Assembly: GCA_045639225.1 (NCBI GenBank)
Contig: JAZUCR010000431.1
Coordinates: 1 to 38,263, forward strand
DNA length: 38,263 nt
Direction of reading: 5' to 3'
DNA from: Victivallales bacterium
GTDB taxonomy: Bacteria; Verrucomicrobiota; Lentisphaeria; Victivallales; UBA1829
The notes under the pieces are model-generated. The model saw only the letters and a list, made by a program, of their open reading frames with translations. It did not search any database and was not told the origin of the DNA. Position 1 is the first letter of the stretch; the number at the start of each line of letters is the position of its first letter. The translations under genes and the position numbers were made by a program. Below are positions 33,476 through 38,263 of the stretch, piece after piece.

Positions 33476-35197
33476 ATGGCGCAAAATTACGATTTTATAT
33501 TGGAATTGCTCCTGGAAAACGGGATGGTGACCGAAGAGCAGGTATCGGAAGGCTGGGAAAAAGTCGCGGCCAGCGAAGGTTCGCAGAATATCATCCAGGC
33601 CCTGCAGGAACTGAAATATGTGGATCCGAACGAAATGCTGCAGATGCTGGCACAGCAGTACGGCATGGAGACCCTGGATCTGAATACCTATAAAATCCCG
33701 GCGGAAGTGATCGAGTCGGTTCCGAAAGAAGTAGTCGATCAATACCATGTCATCCCGGTCATGAAACACGACGATGTGCTGACCATTGCGATCGGGGATC
33801 CGACCGATCTGACCACGCTGGATTCCGTCCGTTATGTGCTGAAATGCGATGTGGATGCCGTGGTGTCGCCGCCGGAGCAGATCCAGTCCGCGATCAAGCT
33901 GTATTACAGCGATACGGGGAAGGGGATCAACCAGGCGATGGAAGAGATCCAGGATATGGATGAAGGAGAGATCCCCGCCTCGGCGGATGAAGGCGGTGCG
34001 GTCAATGCGGACGAATCCGGCGAAGGCGATGCCCCGATCATCCGGCTGGTGACCGCGATCATCGTGGAAGCCTACAAGATGCACGCCAGCGATATTCATA
34101 TGGAGCCGCTGGAAAAACGCTACCGGATCCGTTACCGGGTGGACGGTGTGCTGCGGGAAGTGGATGCGCCGCCGAAATATCTGCAGCCGAACATCACCAG
34201 CCGCGTGAAGATTATGTCGCGTCTGGACATTTCCGAAAAACGTCTGCCTCAGGACGGACGTATCCAGATGCGTGTCAGCGGATGCGATATCGACTTGCGC
34301 GTATCGACGATCCCGACCACGCACGGGGAAAGCATCGTCATGCGTATTCTGGAAAAAGCCAGTATCCAGCTGGAGATCCCGCAGCTGGGATTCTATGCGG
34401 ACGACCAGAAGAAAATCAATCAGATCATCAATATGCCGGACGGCGTGTTCCTGGTGACGGGCCCGACCGGTTCGGGAAAAACGACCAGTCTGTATGCGTT
34501 TCTGAATACGATCAATCTGCCGAACCGGAAGATCATCACGGTGGAAGACCCGGTGGAATATCAGCTGCCGGGCATCAATCAGGTGCAGGTGAACAATCTG
34601 GCGGATATGACCTTCGCCAACGCGCTGCGCGCCATGCTGCGTCAGGCGCCGAACATCATCATGGTAGGAGAGATCCGAGACGCGGAAACTGCGACGATCG
34701 CCATCAACGCGGCGCAGACGGGACACCTGGTGTTCAGCACGCTGCATACCAACGACGCGCCCAGTGCGGTGACGCGTATGATCGATATGGGAGTGCAGCC
34801 GTTCCTGGTTTCCTCGTCCGTGCGGGCCATTATGGCGCAGCGTCTCCTGCGCCGCGTCTGCAAAAACTGTGCCGAACCCACGACTCCCACCAAGGAAGAA
34901 CGCCGTCTGCTGAAACTGGATGACAAATTCATGGACACTGCAACGCTGAAGAAAGGCCGCGGCTGTCCGGTCTGCGGCGGCACGGGTTACAAGGGCCGCG
35001 TCGGTATTTATGAAATTTTCCAGGTGGGGGAAGATATCCAGCACCTGATCTATAAGAAAATGTCCGCCGACGTGATCCGTGCGGCGGCCCGGAAGGGCGG
35101 CATGATCACCCTGCGTGAAGACGGTTTGCGGAAAGCGGCCGCGGGTATTACCTCCCTGCAGGAAGTGATCACAACAACCATGGGAGATGCGGAATGA
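33476..35197 (+). CDS. GspE/PilB-family type II secretion / type IV pilus assembly ATPase (paralog 1)
   Basis: 573 aa. N-terminal T2SSE_N/MshEN-like domain, Walker A GPTGSGKTT, Asp/His boxes, and a tetracysteine motif (CKNC...CPVCGGTGYKGR). GAGG lies 7 nt before the ATG. Confidence 0.9.
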   Translation: MAQNYDFILELLLENGMVTEEQVSEGWEKVAASEGSQNIIQALQELKYVDPNEMLQMLAQQYGMETLDLNTYKIPAEVIESVPKEVVDQYHVIPVMKHDDVLTIAIGDPTDLTTLDSVRYVLKCDVDAVVSPPEQIQSAIKLYYSDTGKGINQAMEEIQDMDEGEIPASADEGGAVNADESGEGDAPIIRLVTAIIVEAYKMHASDIHMEPLEKRYRIRYRVDGVLREVDAPPKYLQPNITSRVKIMSRLDISEKRLPQDGRIQMRVSGCDIDLRVSTIPTTHGESIVMRILEKASIQLEIPQLGFYADDQKKINQIINMPDGVFLVTGPTGSGKTTSLYAFLNTINLPNRKIITVEDPVEYQLPGINQVQVNNLADMTFANALRAMLRQAPNIIMVGEIRDAETATIAINAAQTGHLVFSTLHTNDAPSAVTRMIDMGVQPFLVSSSVRAIMAQRLLRRVCKNCAEPTTPTKEERRLLKLDDKFMDTATLKKGRGCPVCGGTGYKGRVGIYEIFQVGEDIQHLIYKKMSADVIRAAARKGGMITLREDGLRKAAAGITSLQEVITTTMGDAE

Positions 35198-36984
35198 GCG
35201 AAAATACGGAAAATATCGAAAATATTGAAAATCCGGAAGGAATGCCGGTCGAGGAGCCGGCGAAAACCAGCGCCGCCGTCGTGCTGGATTCCGAAAGTCA
35301 GAGTCTGCACGATATTCTTCTGACCGAAGGCCTCTGCACGGAGGATCAGCTCAAGGAAGTTGCTGAAGAGCAGTCGCGGAACGGCAAATCGTTCAAAGAG
35401 GTGCTGATCGATTTCGGTTTGCTGACGGAACAGCAGATCCTGGAAGCGATCTCCAGCAACCAGATGCTGGATCTGATCAGTCTTCCGGCCGATCTTCAGG
35501 TGCCGGAAGAGGTCATTGCCAAAGTTCCCCCCGATACGGCGCGTATGCTTGGTGTGCTTCCGATCTCGTTCGACGGCACGACCTTGACTGTGGTGCTCCG
35601 GTCGCCGCTGAACTATCAGATCATTGACGAACTCCGGTTTATCGTCGGAACCGATGTGATCCAGGTGCTGGCTCCGGAAGAGCAGGTGGAAAAGGGGATC
35701 GAGAAATTTTACCCGCTGGATGTTACGCAGTCGATGCAGGACATGCTGGAGGAGATGAGCAAGGATCAGTCTCCGGAAGCGGCGCTGGATGAACTGGAAA
35801 CCACCGAAGACCTGGAAAAACATGCCAATGACGCCCCGATCGTGAAATTCGTGGATGCGGTGATTTATCAGGCGATCAAGGACAAGGCCAGCGATATCCA
35901 TTTCGAACCGTTCGAGAAAAACTTCCGGATCCGGTGCCGCGTGGACGGCGCGCTGTATGAACTGCCGCCCCCGCCGAAGAGTCTGGCCATCCCGGTGATC
36001 AGCCGCGTGAAACTGATGAGCTCCATGAATATTTCCGAACGGCGCAAACCGCAGGACGGCCGTATTCAGACCCGGGTCGGCAGCAAGGCGGTCGATTTGC
36101 GCGTTTCCACTCTGCCGACGCAGTTCGGCGAATCCTGCGTGCTCCGCGTGCTCGACCGGTCGGTGGTGAACCTCGATCTGGATGCGCTCGGAATCGATGA
36201 AAAGAATCTGGCCAAGATCCGCGACCTGATCCACATGCCGAACGGAATTTTCGTGGTGACGGGCCCGACCGGTTCGGGAAAGACCACCACGCTGTATTCC
36301 GCCCTGAAAGAGATCAATACGGTCGGCGATAAGATCCTGACCGCGGAAGACCCCGTGGAATACGACCTCGAAGGTATCATCCAGCTGCCGATCAACGAAG
36401 GGATCGGAATGACTTTCGGCCGGGCGCTGCGCGCCTTCCTCCGGCAGGACCCCGATGTGATCATGCTCGGAGAGATCCGCGACCTGGAATCCGCCCGAAT
36501 GGCCGTCGAAGCTTCGCTGACCGGACACTTCGTGTTCAGCACGCTGCATACCAACGACGCCGCCGGTTCGGTCACCCGTTTTATCGATATGGGTGTGGAA
36601 CCTTACCTGATCACCAGTTCGATGGTCGGCTGTATCGGACAGCGTCTGATCCGCCGCGTCTGCCCCAAGTGCAAAACTCCGTTCGAACCGTCCGATGACG
36701 ACTTGTGGCTGCTGGGGTTGGAGCGCGAGGAACTCGGCGACCGTCCGTTCTATTACGGCAAAGGCTGTGATCATTGCAACCATACGGGCTATAAAGGCCG
36801 GAAAGCGCTGACCGAAGTGCTGACCATGAATCCCGAGATCAACGAACTGGTGCTTCAGAACATGCCGACTGTGGTGATCCGGGATAAAGCCCGCGAGCAG
36901 GGAATGCGCACCATGCGTGAAGACGGTCTGAATGCCATTCTCAATGGCGAAACCACTATGGAAGAAGTTTTGAAATACACATAA
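35194..36984 (+). CDS. GspE/PilB-family type II secretion / type IV pilus assembly ATPase (paralog 2)
   Basis: 596 aa with the same architecture: Walker A GPTGSGKTT and a tetracysteine motif (CPKC...CDHCNHTGYKGR). The start overlaps the stop codon of paralog 1 (ATGA). Confidence 0.9.
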   Translation: MSENTENIENIENPEGMPVEEPAKTSAAVVLDSESQSLHDILLTEGLCTEDQLKEVAEEQSRNGKSFKEVLIDFGLLTEQQILEAISSNQMLDLISLPADLQVPEEVIAKVPPDTARMLGVLPISFDGTTLTVVLRSPLNYQIIDELRFIVGTDVIQVLAPEEQVEKGIEKFYPLDVTQSMQDMLEEMSKDQSPEAALDELETTEDLEKHANDAPIVKFVDAVIYQAIKDKASDIHFEPFEKNFRIRCRVDGALYELPPPPKSLAIPVISRVKLMSSMNISERRKPQDGRIQTRVGSKAVDLRVSTLPTQFGESCVLRVLDRSVVNLDLDALGIDEKNLAKIRDLIHMPNGIFVVTGPTGSGKTTTLYSALKEINTVGDKILTAEDPVEYDLEGIIQLPINEGIGMTFGRALRAFLRQDPDVIMLGEIRDLESARMAVEASLTGHFVFSTLHTNDAAGSVTRFIDMGVEPYLITSSMVGCIGQRLIRRVCPKCKTPFEPSDDDLWLLGLEREELGDRPFYYGKGCDHCNHTGYKGRKALTEVLTMNPEINELVLQNMPTVVIRDKAREQGMRTMREDGLNAILNGETTMEEVLKYT

Positions 36985-37008
36985 AAAAAACGGAAAGGAG
37001 TGTGAATC

Positions 37009-38263
37009 ATGCCCCTATACATGTATACTGCGATCGATGCCAACGGCAAAGAGCAGAAAGGTAAAAAGGACGCGGCGAACGAAGAGGAAGTTTCCAATTT
37101 TCTGAAGAATCAGGGACTTTTCCCCACCTCGATCAAACTCGCTGACAAGGCCGCTGCCAAAAATGCCGCGGCTGCCGCCAAAGCGAAAGCCGCTGCCAAG
37201 AACAATCCCAAAGACAAAGGCAAGAAAGGTGGCGGCGGTGGAATCAACCTGAATATCAACCTCGGTCCCGCGATCATCAAGGAAAAGGACCTGACCATTC
37301 TGACCCGTCAGATGGCGATCCTGCTCGATGCCGGTCTGCCGCTGATCCGCTCCCTGAAAACCCTGGCGAGACAGGCTACCAATCCCGTGGTCAAGAAAAC
37401 GCTGGAAGAGACTGCCGTCTCCGTAGAAGGCGGTTCCACCTTTTCCGAAGCCCTGGCGCAGCATCCGAAATCGTTCGATAAACTTTATTTGAACATGATC
37501 CGCGCCGGCGAGGCTGCCGGTAAGCTGGAACTGATCCTGAACCGTCTTGCCACTTTCCGCGAAAAAGCCGCCAAGATCCAGGGCAAAGTCAAATCCGCCA
37601 TGGTTTACCCGTCGATCATCGTATCGATCGCGGTTTTGATCACCACCGGTCTGATGATCTTCATCGTGCCGAAGTTCAAGAAGACCTTTACCGAACTGCT
37701 CGAAGGCGAACCGCTCCCCGGTCTGACCCAGTTCGTCATGGGTATCAGCGAATTCATGATCACCAACTGGATCATCCTTGTCCCCGGCATTATCGGCTTC
37801 GTCATCGTCTTCAAACTGATTCTCAAAGTCCCGTTTCTGCGGTTTTACATCGACTGGATCAAATACAATATGCCGCTGGTCGGGCCGATCGTTTCCAAGA
37901 CCGCGATTTCCAAATTCTCCCGTACGCTCGGCACTCTGATGGGATCCGGTGTGCCGATTTTGAGCGCATTGAACATCGTGAAAGAAACCTCGGGCAACGA
38001 AGTCGTAGCTCAGGCGATCACCAAGGTTTACGAGGCGGTCAAGGAAGGCGAAGGCATGGCCGGTCCGCTCCAGGCAACCAAGATCTTCCCCGAAATGGTG
38101 ATCAGTATGATCGAAGTCGGTGAAGAAACCGGTAAACTGCCCGAAATGCTGGACAAGATCGCCGACACCTACGATGAAGAAGTCGATAACGCCGTGGCGG
38201 CATTGACCTCCATGATCGAGCCGATCATGATGGTCGGTCTGGCGGTGGTCATCGGCGGTATCG
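37009..38263 (+). CDS. GspF/PilC-family platform protein (partial, runs off the window)
   Basis: The ATG at 37009 follows GGAAAGGAG. My own translation shows two T2SSF-type repeats (LTRQMAILLDAGLPLIRSL... and FSRTLGTLMGSGVPILSAL...) and TM helices. The frame is open to the window end. Confidence 0.9.
   Translation, partial: MPLYMYTAIDANGKEQKGKKDAANEEEVSNFLKNQGLFPTSIKLADKAAAKNAAAAAKAKAAAKNNPKDKGKKGGGGGINLNINLGPAIIKEKDLTILTRQMAILLDAGLPLIRSLKTLARQATNPVVKKTLEETAVSVEGGSTFSEALAQHPKSFDKLYLNMIRAGEAAGKLELILNRLATFREKAAKIQGKVKSAMVYPSIIVSIAVLITTGLMIFIVPKFKKTFTELLEGEPLPGLTQFVMGISEFMITNWIILVPGIIGFVIVFKLILKVPFLRFYIDWIKYNMPLVGPIVSKTAISKFSRTLGTLMGSGVPILSALNIVKETSGNEVVAQAITKVYEAVKEGEGMAGPLQATKIFPEMVISMIEVGEETGKLPEMLDKIADTYDEEVDNAVAALTSMIEPIMMVGLAVVIGGI

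Noticed and set aside
33359-36783. 561-aa and 577-aa minus-strand ORFs antisense to the two GspE genes.
   Set aside because: Same reasoning. The plus-strand products have complete GspE/PilB motif sets, while the antisense products have none.

Overview
GC-rich bacterial chromosomal window. I saw no rRNA, tRNA or CRISPR array. The gene content suggests a PVC-superphylum-type anaerobe (inference only): a prepilin-like protein attached to a transporter operon, an ECF sigma plus Ser/Thr kinase pair, an ankyrin lipoprotein and tandem GspE ATPases. From 0.1 to 22 kb the genes are mostly housekeeping or envelope-related: a solitary IS200/RAYT-like HUH transposase; an unusual ABC importer operon (SBP-permease fusion, permease with a huge extracytoplasmic insert, pseudopilin, no ATPase); two GT-C-like membrane glycosyltransferases; an M20 hydrolase; a HAD phosphatase; tsaD; a Re-citrate-synthase-like HMGL enzyme; a dGTPase-like HD protein; rlmN; an ankyrin lipoprotein; DJ-1/PfpI; tgt; a YgjP/M48-like protein; and an ECF sigma/Hanks kinase pair. 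From 22.3 to 33.1 kb the region looks accessory: an NGNGNGSP-repeat protein with an apparent frameshift, a classic-clade AAA+ ATPase with a PD/SD microsatellite, and an AT-rich DIP1984-family gene flanked by repeats and a 175-bp inverted-repeat element. The best candidate for an undescribed system is a tightly coupled minus-strand operon (26012-32735). It encodes an unannotated 45-aa Cys-rich peptide, an AT-rich orphan protein, two RRE-fused radical SAM/SPASM enzymes, an Amidohydro_2 enzyme and a tandem GT9 (heptosyltransferase-family) enzyme. I interpret this as a possible glycosylated, rSAM-crosslinked RiPP pathway. The window ends with two paralogous GspE/PilB ATPases and a partial GspF/PilC. 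Many long antisense ORFs in the track are GC-driven shadows. All family calls come from motif recognition by eye, with no database searches.
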